Under the pieces are notes generated by a model. The model ran no database searches and was not told the DNA's origin. It saw only the letters and a program-made list of their open reading frames with translations. The position numbers and the translations under genes were made by a program. This document shows positions 1-12,199 of a stretch of 64,000 nt of DNA, piece by piece; the first letter of the stretch is position 1; each line of letters begins with the position of its first letter. This DNA comes from Felis catus (taxonomy: Eukaryota): NCBI RefSeq assembly GCF_018350175.1, contig NC_058378.1, positions 48,608,001 through 48,672,000 of the forward strand. The letters run 5' to 3'.

Positions 1-310
1 TTATCAGGTATGATTGCAAATATTTTCTCCCATCCCATGGGTTGCCTTTTCACTCTGTTGACCGTGTCCTTTGATGCACAAAAATTTTTAATATTGATGA
101 AGTCTTATTTGTGCTTTCATTCATTCTTGCAGCCTGTGCCTTCGGTGTCATGGTCAAGAAATCATTGCTAAACCCAGTGTTCTGAAGCTTTTCCCCTATG
201 ATTTGTTTTTGTTTTTTGTTTTCTAAGAGTGTTATAGTTTTAGCTGTTATATCTAGGTCTTTAATTCATTTTGAGTTCATTGTTTATATGGGACAAAGTA
301 AAGATTTTTA
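1..310 (-). mobile_element. L1 (L1M) ORF2 3'-region fragment, runs off the window start
   Basis: TTGCAAATATTTTCTCCCATCCCATGGGTTGCCTTTTCACTCTGTTG...TTTGATGCACAAAAATTTTTAAT matches antisense L1 ORF2 C-terminal sequence as recalled. Confidence 0.85.
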
Positions 311-371
311 GCATGTTGTAGTGCTGGGAAAACACATTTTGTGCCAGGTAAGACATTTTCAAATAAAGTGT

Positions 372-800
372 CTCTTTTCCAGAATGGTGGCATGCAGAGC
401 TTTACAAACATGCTCTCCAGTGATACAATCACAGCTGTTAAAAAAAAAAAAAAAACCAAAAAACTAATGTTAAAAACAACCACTTAAAGTCTCTGGAAAT
501 TGTTGTGAGGGCATACAGAAAATGAGGAAACATTTATTGAGGCAGACCTATGAGTCACAGAACAGTGAGAGTCTATGAGAGCTGAGCCACAGCACACACC
601 CCCATCACTCTCCCCAGCTAGATTTTCTATGGGCACCTGTGGCCAAAAAGATGGGATTCCCTCTCCCCCATCTCCCAGCCAGAAGCAGCAGTATTTCTCA
701 TCTCTACCTGGGTGTCACTACCACCCAGGTCCGTGCTGCAGAGGATAAATTCCAGGGGAGTGTGGCTGAGAGTTTGGACGCTCGCTGCCTCCACCAAGAT
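372..800 (+). mobile_element. ancient L1M 5'-end (5' UTR) fragment
   Basis: AACAACCACTTAAAGTCTCTGGAAATTGTTGTGAGGGCATACAGAAAATGAGGAAACATTTATT and AACAGTGAGAGTCT resemble L1M 5'-end consensus; boundaries approximate. Confidence 0.55.
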
Positions 801-1397
801 GCCATGTTTTCACCTATTCAATGGGAGAGAGAGGTGAGAAAGGCTAATCCTACCAGCTGGTCTGTAGGTCTTTCTTCCATCCCTAATAACTTAGTCACTC
901 TTCTCGATGAAAACTTCCTTCCAACTCTAAACTCCACTTCTATCTACCCCCTGCCAATTTCTTTCCAAAGAAAGCCTTAGATTCCCAATTCAAAGGCTCG
1001 GGAAGTCTTAAACTTTTTGCTTATTTCTGAGGTAAAAGCATAAGATATGTCCTAATTATCATTCTCATCTTCCCCACGTTTCTAATGACCAACCCTTCCT
1101 CCTAGGACGGCATCTGAGGGTATCCCTCTTTAACACACCTTTGCAGAGGGGGTTGGTATTTTTCCACAGTCCGCCGAGGACAACACTCAGCCAGGCAATT
1201 GACTATATGACTCAGTCAGATGGAGGCAAGGCTGACAACATAGGACCGCTTCACTGTCACCCAGTCACAGATGGCCAGACTGAAGGAAAGGAGCAGCTAC
1301 GTTATGAGGTGAGCAGAGACAAGTAAGCATCCCAACACATCCATCCCACAGTACACGTGCACATCTGGTACTGATTCCCCACTTCCCATCCGGGGAG

Positions 1398-1458
1398 GTG
1401 TGAGTGCGTGTGTGTGCATGCGCGTGTGCACATGCGCGTGCCTGTGCGAGTGTGCGAG
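1398..1458. repeat. alternating purine-pyrimidine (TG/CG/CA) tract
   Basis: 1404-1441 is a perfect 38-bp R/Y alternation: GTGCGTGTGTGTGCATGCGCGTGTGCACATGCGCGTGC. Confidence 0.9.
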
Positions 1459-1839
1459 TCAGAGCAATCTAAGTGGGTGAGAAGCTCCAGCAAGCGGGCC
1501 ACGGAGGAGGCGTATGGGACAACTGGGACAAGGTGCAGTGGTACAAGTTAAGAGGAGGCTGCTAAGAAAAGTGCTCTCCCAAGGCCATGGCTGGAGGAAG
1601 AGGACACATCACACCTTTCCTCTTTGCCTTTCACAAACAATACATGTTAATTTTTTAAAGAGATTTGAGGAATGAACTTCAGACCCAGATTTGTGCAGTT
1701 AGGTGAATCTGCCTCCAATTAAATCTCAATTGCCTCCTCCAGATGGTAGAATTTTGCCTCTTCCTCGTGGTCCTTTTTGAGAACTAATTATCTGTAATAT
1801 TTCACCTTTGATTTGCTCTGGGGCAAGCCTCATCCCTCA

Positions 1840-1840
<1 letters not shown>

Positions 1841-1872
<32 letters not shown>
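1841..1872. repeat. (CA)16 microsatellite
   Basis: direct reading. Confidence 0.97.
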
Positions 1873-1874
<2 letters not shown>

Positions 1875-2574
1875 ATGAGCTTCCTGCCCTCTTGCAGTCT
1901 ATACACCCTCCCACCTCCCTTGCTCCTGTTTTCTCCTCCTTCACCCTTCAGGTCCCCAGCTCAGCTGGCCACCTGTCTCCAAGTCCAGTGTCCCAGACAG
2001 ACCTCCCCTCACTCTCCTCTCCCCCATCCTTACTGTCCTCATGGCCGGCTCGAGGTTTTGTGCTCCGTGGGCAGCTGAAGGTACACTTTGGGCTTAAAGA
2101 GAAAGATGCTGTGCCATTGGTTCTGAGTCGGTTTTCCAGACAGTCCTGCAAGGGAGTTCATCAGCCTGCAGGCTACAAACTGGCAGAGCCCTGGGTGTGC
2201 ATTATCCTCTGGAATTTCATAGACAGGCATTGCTGGGCTTTGGGACAGACTTTGAGCATTTCTGGGCTTCCGTTATAAGACCATCTAAAGTCATCAAAAT
2301 ATCACTGATTCCCAACAGGAATAACATCTGTTTGTGTGAGGTCACCCTTTATTGAGTGTGAAAGGAAGAAGCAAGGAAAGGCTGGCACCAAGTAAAAGTC
2401 ATGCTATCCTAGGCCAACCCTATGCTTATACTTCATCTTTCAACACCCGCCATGGCTTCTATGCCATTGCCTTTGAAGTTTCATACTCCTAGGATCGTGA
2501 CCCTTACTGGAATATGAGCATCACAGGCATTACGGTTAGATGAATTATAAGCATTATTCCTAACGTCAGAAAAC

Positions 2575-2710
2575 ACAGGACTGACTGGTGACCTAGACGT
2601 GCAGTGTCTGTGTTAACTGTGGAAATGTCACTTCCAGGCTGTTGGCCTCCTTTTCTACACCTGCAAAAATGTGAATATTAGAAGGATCTTGGAAGTTCAT
2701 GACTGTTCCT
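2575..2710 (+). mobile_element. degenerate MIR fragment
   Basis: weak match to MIR core (GGCCTCCTTTTCTACACCTGCAAAAATG vs GCCTCAGTTTCCTCATCTGTAAAATG). Confidence 0.4.
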
Positions 2711-3499
2711 TAAACACTTATCTTTCTATGAATCAAAGTTTAGGATGTAATCATGAGCATCTTTTTCTTTTGAACATCTTCCCAGAGTTTTATGGTGCTG
2801 ACACAGGATATGTATGCTATTCTGTTAAAGAAAGGACAATCTTTAAGCAAGTAACACGTTCATAAATCTGCATTGAAGATGCAATAAAAAATGGTCCTGG
2901 GAAGAAGCAACCCATTATTCTGGAGTTTCCGGGGCCCAAAGGAAGGGCACAGGACCTATCTACACACAGAGACTCCATCTTCCTCCCACCAACAAAGCCT
3001 AGAGACCCAGGGAAATCCGGCCCCTTCTCTGGCTTTAAGTCCTAGGAAGTTCAGAAAAGAAGAAAATCTATGTGAGGAGTAGGAGGAAAGAATGTACCTC
3101 ATAAATTTCACTTCGATCTTTATGAAAATGCTCAGCAGAGTTCTTATATAACTAAATATATATGAATAAATTAAAGGATGATCAAAAGCATCTCAGGTCC
3201 TCCCTCTCTGTCTCCTTCTCTTCCTCCTTCTGCTTTTCTCTGTCTTTCCAAGATAGCACCTCCGTTAGCACTTTTTCTAGTAAGATCCGATTAGGTTTCC
3301 ATACTGGGGGAGGGGTAAAGGGAGGTTAAGATTAGGACCCTCAGTCTTCACCCCCGAGGAGATGCAGCAGGACCCCTGGCTCTCTGCTCTCACCTATCAC
3401 CCTCTGATGGAGCCCCTGCAAAATCTCACCCAGCCTCCCATCCATTCTTCTCTGTGAAGTGACCACAAGACGAGTCTCCCACGTGCCTTCTCACTTACC

Positions 3500-3720
3500 C
3501 CCAGGGCCACACTTGCAGTGGTGATAGGACGCCACCCCTTGTACAGGGTTTCACCCTTCAAACTCAAGATGCCCAAACTGAATCTGCCTTCTCCTCCTCG
3601 GTCGCTGACATCCGTGAAGTCTCGCTCTATCGTCTTCCCGTAGAAGCATCTCCAACATTTGCCAAGGTCACATAGGGGGAGAAGGATCTCAAGGCCATTT
3701 GGCCTCCTTCCCTGCTGCCA
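3500..3720 (+). mobile_element. L2 fragment
   Basis: CACCCTTCAAACTCAAGATGCCCAAACTGAATC resembles L2 CACCTCAAACTCAACATGTCCAAAACTGAACTC. Confidence 0.5.
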
Positions 3721-4229
3721 CACCCCACAGGTGGTCCAACGGCCCCCAGAGGAGGGAAGGTGTGCTCCACTCTGCTGAAAGCTCAAGGTGTGTGTGTTCG
3801 CCAGAATCGCCACCTGCCTTCCTGGTTTCCACGCCATTTGCCTTCTGGGCCCCATTGCACAAATTAGATCTTTCCTCTATGTGACAGCCTTAAAGACATT
3901 TAAAGCACAACTCTCATCTCTGAGGGGTCTGTCCCTTCCCAGCACTATTCACTCAAGCCTGCATACAACATTATTTACTCCTTCCTTCCCCGGTCGACCC
4001 CCTGTGCACACACTTCCCATATGAAAGCCGTGATTCAGGTGTGGTCTGTGAGCACAAGGCCCCGGGAGGTGGTCCCTCCCTCCACATTCCAGGGCCTGCT
4101 TCCCAGAGGCCCGAGGGCTGCAGCCAGGAAGCCTGTCTCCTTTGGAAAGCGGGGACATGTGCAACAAAAATGCCTTGGCTCTCAGTGGCATTCAATAGCA
4201 ACTTAGATTACTACTGACGGGGCCCGATA

Positions 4230-4821
4230 TTTTTTTCTCGTTTTATTTATTATTTATTTATTTATTTTTAGTTATAATTTACCGTCAAGTTAGCTAGCAT
4301 ACAGTGTATACAGTGTGCTCTTGGCTTCGGGAGTAGATTCCCATGATTCATACATACAATACCCAGTGTTCATGCCAGCAAGTGCCCTCTTCGATGCCCA
4401 TTTCCCATCACCCATTTTCCCCTCCCCCTTCCCCCCCCCCCCGTCAACCCTCAACTTGTTCTCTGTGTTTAAGAGTCTCTTATGGGTTTGCCTCCCTCTC
4501 TGTTTGAAACTGTTCTTTCCTCTTCCCTTCCCCCAAGGTCTTCTGTTACGTTTCTCAAATTCCACATATGAGTGAAAACATATGATATCTGTCTTTCTCT
4601 GACTGACTTGTTTCACTTAGCACAATACCCTCCAGCTCCATCCATGTTGTTGCAAATGGCAAGCTTTCATTCTTTCTCAGAGCCAAGTAGTATTCCATTG
4701 TATATGGAAACCACATCTTCTTCATCCATTCATCAGTTGATGGGCATTTGGGCTCTTTCCATAATTTGGCTATTGTTGATAGCGCTGCTATAAACATTGG
4801 GGTACACGTGCCCCTATGAAT
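4230..4821 (-). mobile_element. 5'-truncated carnivore/felid L1 (ORF2 C-terminus, 3' UTR, A-rich tail)
   Basis: T-rich tail 4230-4270; minus-strand ORF 4555-4797 MFIAALSTIAKLWKEPKCPSTDEWMKKMW is the L1 ORF2 C-terminus; carnivore L1 3' UTR (GAGAACAAGTTGAGGGTTGACGGGGG on minus). Confidence 0.95.
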
Positions 4822-4962
4822 AACTTTTATAATTTTACCTCTTCTTCATCCATTCATCAGTTGATGGGCATTTGGGCTCTTTCCGTAATTTGGCTATTGT
4901 TGATAGCACTGCTATAAACATTGGGCTACACGTGCCCCTATGAATAACTTTTATAATTTTAC
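4716..4962. repeat. 124-bp tandem duplication across the L1 5' junction
   Basis: 4716-4838 repeated at 4840-4962 with 3 substitutions. Confidence 0.95.
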
Positions 4963-5077
4963 GTCTTTCTGTGAAGGTCAGTAATTATCTGAGAATTACC
5001 TGAGAATTCTGTAATATAGCTGGGGTTTCTTTTTTAAGTAGGGTAAGAAAAGTGTTTCTACATGATCCCATACTACC

Positions 5078-5532
5078 TATGATGGTTAATGTTATGTGCT
5101 AACTTGACCAGTATCCTGATATTTGGTCAAGCACCAGTCTGGATGTTGCTGTGAAGGTCCTTTTTAAATGAGATCAACATTTAAATCAGCCAACTTTGAA
5201 TAAAGCAGATTACCCTCCCTAATGCGGATGGGCCTCATCCCATCAAGTGAAGGCCTTAAGATTAAAAAATGGTCTTTTTCCCAGGAAGGGTAAATTCTGC
5301 CTCAAGACAGCCTTTGGAATAGAGCTTCAACATCACTTTTTCCCTGGGTCTCCAGCCTGCCAGCCTCCCCTGCCGATCTTGGACTTGCCAGCCTCCACGA
5401 TTGCATGATCCAGTTTCTTAAAATAAATCTATTTCTCTGTCTCTGTGCCTCTTTTCATGCATAGATACAGATACGGCTACCGATACAGATATACATACGA
5501 CTGCTTCTGTTTCTCTGGAGAATCCCAATATA
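5078..5532 (+). mobile_element. MLT2-family ERVL solo LTR
   Basis: starts TATGATGGTTAATGTTATGTG, contains GCAGATTACCCTCCCTAATGCGGATGGGCCTCATC, ends TTTCTCTGGAGAATCCCAATATA; 5-bp TSD CTACC at 5073-5077 and 5533-5537. Confidence 0.9.
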
Positions 5533-5888
5533 CTACCCTTGAGAAACCCCTTGAATTACACTTAAAAAGTATATGCTCATCTTTTCCTTTATAACTGTAT
5601 GCATTATGAAATAACCTTCTCCTTTTGGTTAATTGTATATTGTTCCCCACCCCTCGCACTGTCCCTCCTTCATCCTTTTTGCTCTTTTCAACCTTGTAAA
5701 AGAGTTGAAAATCAAGCAGGAACGCTAGCAGGGACTTACTACATATCTCAATGGCTCCATAGTCTTTCTTTCTACCTTTCTACCTTGCTTGCTAAATTCT
5801 ACCAGATCTTTGCAAGCCTGGCTCCCTCTCTTCCTTCAACCCTTAACTCAAAGTTCATCTCCTTAGGACTCCTCTGACCACTGTCTTT

Positions 5889-5920
5889 ATTTTTTATTAT
5901 TGTTTTAATGTTTATTTATT

Positions 5921-5957
<37 letters not shown>

Positions 5958-6110
5958 TGGGAAGGGGCAGAGAGAGAGGGAGACAGAGGATTCGAAGCAG
6001 GCTCTGTGCTGACGACAGCAAGCCCAGTGTGGGGCTCGAACTCATGAATCATGAGACCATGACCTGAGCGGAAGTCAGATGCTCAACCAACTGAGCCACC
6101 CAGGTGGCCC
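5889..6110 (-). mobile_element. carnivore SINE (CanSINE/SINEC)
   Basis: tRNA-derived head, (CT)n, A tail on minus; TSD TGACCACTGTCTTT 5875-5888 / TGACCGCTGTCATT 6111-6124. Confidence 0.96.
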
Positions 6111-6414
6111 TGACCGCTGTCATTAAAGTAACCATCACATCACCTACCATAATTAATGTTCTCTGCTTACACGTCTCATCATTTGGTGCTTTTCTCATTG
6201 ACGGATTAACTGTAGTGGTTTCCATGACCATTTTTGTTTCTGCTTCCACATGCAGAACTTTACTAGGGTGTATGTGCAGGAAGAAACTATGGATGCACTG
6301 GTCAAACAGGCATTTATGGAACACCATGTTTTTCTGGAATCATTTTAGAGTTTGCAGACACTGTGGTGCCCAGAAAGGCGACTTCTCTGTTCACATATCC
6401 TGACATCCAGGAGG

Positions 6415-6630
6415 GCATAGATGCAGAACAGGTGTTTAATAAAATTCAACATCCATTCATGGCGGACACTGTCAGCAATCTTAGGCAGAAAGGAAGACCC
6501 TCATTCTGAAAGAGTAGCTACAAAACTCCACAGAAAACATCACCTTTCAGGGAAACCATTGAAAGTCTTTTTTTCTGAGATCGGGGATAAGACAAAGATT
6601 CTATTTGTTACCACTTCAGTTGAACCTTAT
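6415..6630 (+). mobile_element. L1 ORF2 RT-domain fragment
   Basis: TTTAATAAAATTCAACATCCATTCATG (FNKIQHPFM) and CTGAGATCGGGGATAAGACAAAGA (LRSGIRQR, cf. LRSGTRQG). Confidence 0.8.
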
Positions 6631-6649
6631 GATAGAAGCTGGCATATTG

Positions 6650-7220
6650 GGAGGGAGATGGCAGCATGGTGGTCAGTGGGAGGGGAGGGATGGGTGCCTG
6701 GAAGGACATATTCTTGCGGAGTTCTGTAAGGCTGTTTCTTGAGCCGATTTGGTTAAAGGCATATTTTCTTTAAGGAAATTTTTTCAAATATACCCTTATG
6801 ATTTGTGCCCATTTTTGTGTGAACGTTGGACTTCGATAAAGTATTGACTTAAAAATAGCAGAAACAGTTTGAATGTCCATCAACAGGCAAATGGATATGT
6901 GAAGACATATACATTTTGCAACAATTTATTCCACAGTTTGAAAAGAATAAGGAAGATCTATAAGTCCTGACTTGATTTTAAAAAAATCCTGCAACACCAA
7001 TTAGCAGATGAATAAAGTGAACTGAAGGACATTATATACCACGTGATCCCCCTTCAAGATACGTGCAAATATTAAAATAAGGAAAAAGCTTCAGAAAGGA
7101 AGTAGGCTGTGGTAGGCAAAAAGGAAAATTCTGCTTTTTACTCTGTTCTTATATTATTCAGTCCGTTTATTAACAAAACGGCATTCATGTTTTACTTGTG
7201 TAAAATAAATGCCAATATTT
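6650..7220 (+). mobile_element. old L1M 3'-end fragments
   Basis: GAATGTCCATCAACAGGCAAATGGATA and AAAAGAATAAGGAAGATCTATA resemble L1ME/MC 3' ends. Confidence 0.55.
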
Positions 7221-7221
7221 T

Positions 7222-7437
7222 GAATGAAAAGTTTTCTAATGTGTATTCATTTTTTGAGAGAGAGGAAGAAAGTGTGAGAAGGGGAGGGGCAGAGAGAGAG
7301 GGAGACACAGAATCCAAAGCAGGCTCCGGGCTCCGAGCTGTCAGCACCGAGCCTGACACGGGGCTCGAACTCGTGAACCTCGAGATCATGACCTGAGCCG
7401 GTCAGATGCTTAACTGACTGAGCCACCCAAGTGCCCT
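7222..7437 (-). mobile_element. felid-type SINEC
   Basis: typical body; TSD ATAAATGCCAATATTTT 7205-7221 / ATAAACGCCAATATTTT 7439-7455. Confidence 0.96.
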
Positions 7438-8199
7438 TATAAACGCCAATATTTTGTAAATGGATGTGGAGGAGAGCCTATGCCGATTTCACAGACCTAC
7501 ACAGGGCAGGGCGGCGTGCCTGGGGACGCAGAGCCCTGCCTTTGCTGGAGAGGTGCTGCAGTGGTGCGGGGTGAGGGGAGGGGGTGGGCAGTGAACCAGA
7601 GGTACCAGGGCTCCCCCTCCGGCACCACGTTCTAGTAGCCAAGTGACTTTGGCAAGTGGCTTGAACGCTGATTTGGCGTCCTTGTCGGGAAGGAGGAAGT
7701 TGAAGGCAGCGATGTGAAGGACCCAGTTTTGAGGGGCAGCATCTGACTTTATCCACCTTTTCTCTGCCTCCTGCTCCGGCAGCGCCCATGTGCGTGGGGC
7801 CCCGTGTAGATGTGTGTAGGGGAATCAGGCTGTTCAACTCAACTTTGACCTTCGGTCAATTTTTATTCTATCCGAAAGCCAAGAGAAAGCTAGGATCTTG
7901 AGGGGCATGGCTTCAAGAGGTGTTGAGTGCCGACTCTTGGTGTGATGGACAGCTGGTTCCTGCACACCGTTTGGGGGGCAGGGTACCCCCAGGTCTTCAT
8001 TTCCCCCACAGCGTGTCAAGACACAGGCACTGTTTGTCATTTCGTGCCTGAATGGAGAGACATAGTCTGACACCTTTACTTTAACAGGGAGGAACTACAA
8101 ATAAACAGCAAGGAATAAATCCAAGTTTAAAAATAAACAGTCCACCCAGACAGCTCTTCAGGGCTGCCTTTTGGTGAGTTAGCTGAGCGACAGATCACC

Positions 8200-8950
8200 C
8201 AGCTGCCTCCAGCCAGCCGAGCACCTATCTGTCAGGCCCGCTAATGGCTCAGATGGAGATGGAACGCATCTCCCTCCAGAATGGATCTGCTCCGCCCGTG
8301 TTCGAGCTTACTTTGTAATCTGGCTCAGATTTATCTAATCTTTTCCCTCCCCCCTTCTCTTGGCAGACGGTCCCAGACCCGCCCTCCCAGCCAGCACCCG
8401 GGACGGCGCTAGCCTCATTCCCTCTCCGTGGCTGCTTGGGGCTGCGGACGCCCCATCACCGAGATCGCCCGAGTAGCCTTAGCGACAGCTGAGATAAATG
8501 TGGGCTTGGGGAGCAGAAGCCCCTGCAGAAGTCAGCAGGGGCCATAAAGGAGCAGATTCCTCCCCCCCTCCCAAAAGCCACACACCGCCGCATGCAGGCC
8601 AAGCCTCCGGTACATTGTCAAAAGGCATCACTACCTCTCATTCCGACGGGTCCTCGTTAATCCTTTATTGGAGATTTAATTGGCACCGCCTTGGGAGCGC
8701 CTTGTGTTTATAAAATGATATACAACTCCAGACATTCATTAGCACTGTCAGTGCCTTTGGAATGATAAACGACGGGAAGGCTCGGTCAGAATGCTTCTGG
8801 AGCTAATCCCAAATTAACTTTTCTATACCCTGCCAAAAAGAAATACGAGAGCAGTGAAGGTTTTATGATAGTCCATAATCTCACGATTAAACAATCGGCT
8901 GGAGGGGAAAAAAAAAAAATGGGGCGATGCATTATGCTTTAATTGCAAGG
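8200..8950. promoter_or_regulatory. candidate conserved non-coding element / developmental enhancer
   Basis: no recognisable repeat, CpGs retained; dense TAAT, TTTAT, TGTCA and CATTGT motifs; conservation not verified. Confidence 0.45.
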
Positions 8951-11842
8951 AAGGAACCAAAACAAACACCAGAGCCTCAGAGCCCTTTGGGTGACAGGGC
9001 CTAACGCTCCTACACTGTAACCCAGCGTCTAGTGCCACACACAGTGTGCCACGCGTGGTGTCCATCAGTGGAGCACGTTTAGGCCAGCACAGGGTTGGCA
9101 TCTGCGCGGTTATGTTTTGACCCGTCCACATGGCCTATCTCCAAGAGTGTTGTCACGGGTCCCCTTCACTCCAACGGTTGCCCGGATTAAACCAGTCGAG
9201 TTGTACGGGTAATGGAGTTAAAGTTTCACCTTCCTTCCAAGGAAATAACTCCCTTCTGCTGGAAGAACACCCTGCAGGCTGGGAGAACACCCCCTAGGCT
9301 GGCGAAAATACGGAAGGGGGCAGAGGGCCTTGGGCTGAGTGGCTGCGGAGGAGGGGAAGGAAAGGTAGGAAAGGCTCTTGTTTGCGCTCCGGAGACTTAT
9401 GTAAACTAGAGCTTAACGTCTCCTCCAGACCACCCAGTTTTATCTCTTTAGAAAAACATTAGCACGTTCGAAATGCCTGGAGTAGCTGTGGAAGCCACTG
9501 TGGGGTTAGCTGAGGCTCCTATCTCCCCGTACCATTAACAGAAGGAAGCACCAGGATACTTGAAATTCACCAAAGCGATTGCCCCCAACAGTTGACATAA
9601 ATATTTAAAACTGACATCCTAAGGCCAAACCACTCTTTTCCTTTTTACCTCTTTTTAACTTGAATTTAACCAACCCACGTGGACAGCCCATGTCTCTAAG
9701 AACTTTGGAATCGATACCCCTGGCTGTGAAATATCTCTTGCCCTTTGCTTTCTTCGTCACTGTTGGAGTTTTTAAAAATGTTTTCTTCGAAAAAGAAGTC
9801 GAGGTGGTGGGCTTCCAGTTTTCAACCAGGGCAGTGACCTGAGAAGGCCACAGTTGCCGGCCCATTTGCCTTGTCAGTGGCACAAGTAGCTGTCCTGGGC
9901 CCTGCGTGTGAGGTCACAGACACAGACGCTGCTTACACCGCAGCCCTCGAGGCCGCCATCCCGTCAGGGTCACCTCTTGTATCCATCTAGATGGGTGGGC
10001 CAGCTACACAGGCAGCTCCATTTCCCTGGAGACCTGCAGACTCTCAGTCTGGAAAGATCTAAGCCTGCCCACAAGCTGTGCTTGTGGCCTGAGACACTGG
10101 AGGCTTTTCCGCCCCAGATGATCGCTTAACCAGAGAAACCACACGGTAGCCCTTCCACGGCAGCCCCAAGCCCCTCTGGTCCCACGGCAGCTCTCTATGC
10201 AGTATAGACTCCGAACCTGTAGCATCCTGACCCACGTCTTGGTGTCACTTCATATATTCAAACCCAGACCTCTGCCACAGCACTTAGTATGTGTTTGTAA
10301 GATGATAAACTCAGTTCTCCCTTCCCTTCGTCTTTATTTTTGCACATGTTCTTACAACAGGTGATTTGTTACCTGCTTATCTCCAGCCTGCCAGTCAACC
10401 CCGGCTGTCCTGAGCCGGGGAGGAACAATGCAGAAGGGCAGCGCCAGAAAAATGTTTGCCCGGGGATTACCAGACATCGCAGAGCAGACGGCAAGGGCTT
10501 CAGGAAGCCCAGAACTTCCTAAGGAAACAACCCCCAAAAGATGTCTGGACAGCGTCTACCCCTTCTGCCATGACGGTGGCCCTCCCTGTGCGACCCATCT
10601 CTTGTGGATGGCCATACTCCATCCGCAGGTAAGGATGGGTCTCCACCTGCTCTGCACGTACCTAGAGCTCCTATCCTGGGGACGGCCCCTGGAGCTGCAC
10701 CCCTCCTCCGGCAGGGACACAGAGCAGTGGGTGGTCTCAGTCCTGCATGTTTGTGCCTTCGAGTGCAGGACATGGGAACCACGTGAGCTGGACCTCCAGG
10801 GCCTGAGAAAGAACGGATGGATGGTGGGTGAGGACAGAGTGTGGCAGCGAGGGGGTGGGGGAAGCAGCAGGGGCCGTGGGCACCAGTTTATCTCCTCTCC
10901 TCACAGAGTTAAACCGGAGTGAACTGGCATGATAGGACGAATTCTAGAATGCACAGGCAGAGGTGGGTTGGGGCGTTGAAAGATACATAGGCTCTGTGTA
11001 AAATGGTCACCTCACTTCCCCCACCTCGCCATCCCAGGAGGCTTGAGTGTGACTCTAAAAAAGCAAGGGACACCTCCTCAGGGCTATCTCAGCCCATCCT
11101 GACAGTCCTGGGAAGGGAAGCAGTCCATGCTGCCGGCACAGCGGGGTAGTCACAGAGTGATGGCCACCATGTCCCCTACTGTCCTTGTCCCTGGAAATGA
11201 CCCAGTCCCCTGGGCACCTTCCTGTCTCTGGCTACTCAGACTATTGCTGATGTGTGGCCTGGGGGCACGGCAGAGAAGAGAGAGAGAGAGACAGAGGAGT
11301 AGAACTGAATGGAATTCACCCAGAATTCTCCCATCAAAATATCTATATGTAAATTATTTTAGGTTGCGCGTCGATGAGAATCATTTTGGAGAAACAGAAG
11401 TTTCTCTGCAATTCCACAGTGGGATGAGGAAAGAGACCCAGGTCTTTGCCATCTTAGCTCAGCCTGATCTGAGCAGGTGTGCTATAGTGGGCTGTGAGCC
11501 AGCCGGGGGCAGGGGACCCAGCTGCCCCCAAGTGCGCCTGTGAGAACCGGGTCTGTCGGCCGACCCGATGTGGGTCCAGCTCCGCACTTCCTCCCTGGGC
11601 GTGACATCTTGGGTAGCTGCTTCCCTTCTGGGGACTCCAGCTGGGGATAATTATGCCCTCCTGGAAATTTGTGCTGACAAGTAAGACGACGTGTCTGAGC
11701 GGTGTTCGGTGACCCCGAAACAACAGAACATGGAAGGAGAAGGTCGGAAATGGCACCTGGTAGAAGGACTCATCTACTGATCATCCACTGGGCTGTGCGG
11801 AGGGGCTTCTATCAGTGCTGGTGAGAGCCACGGAGCACCCTG

Positions 11843-12034
11843 AATGGTGGTTCTCAATCTTTAGTATGCATTTAAGTCACCTGGCTGGGGCGGGGGGTGG
11901 GGAGCAGTTGTTAAAGGACACAGGGCCAGGCCACACCCTCAAGAATTCTGATTCACTGGTTCTCTGGGTGAGAACCGACAAGTTCTCCAGAGATGCTAAT
12001 GCTGCTGCCCGGAGGACCACACTTTGAGAACCTC
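11843..12034. mobile_element. MER5A-like hAT-Charlie non-autonomous DNA transposon
   Basis: GTGGTTCTCAATCTT...AGAATTCTGATTCACTGG...GATGCTAATGCTGCTG...ACCACACTTTGAGAACC; inverted termini GGTTCTCAA / TTGAGAACC. Confidence 0.85.
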
Positions 12035-12199
12035 AAATACTCGCCTGCCTGCCTAAGAGCGCAAAGGAACTCTCTGCTTCCACCGCGTTTCCTAATCAAG
12101 CACCGCTGATGTGTGGACAGTCTTATCATTTAACACGATGGTTTAATAAAAATGATTTACTCTCAGAGATTTGATAGTCTTGAGCTTAGCTTCCATGCT

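Noticed and set aside
10361-10628. Exon-like segment (pyrimidine tract plus CAG at 10360; CAG/GTAAGG at 10628)
   Set aside because: All three frames contain stops and no partner exons are evident; such site pairs occur by chance. A lncRNA exon cannot be excluded without RNA-seq.
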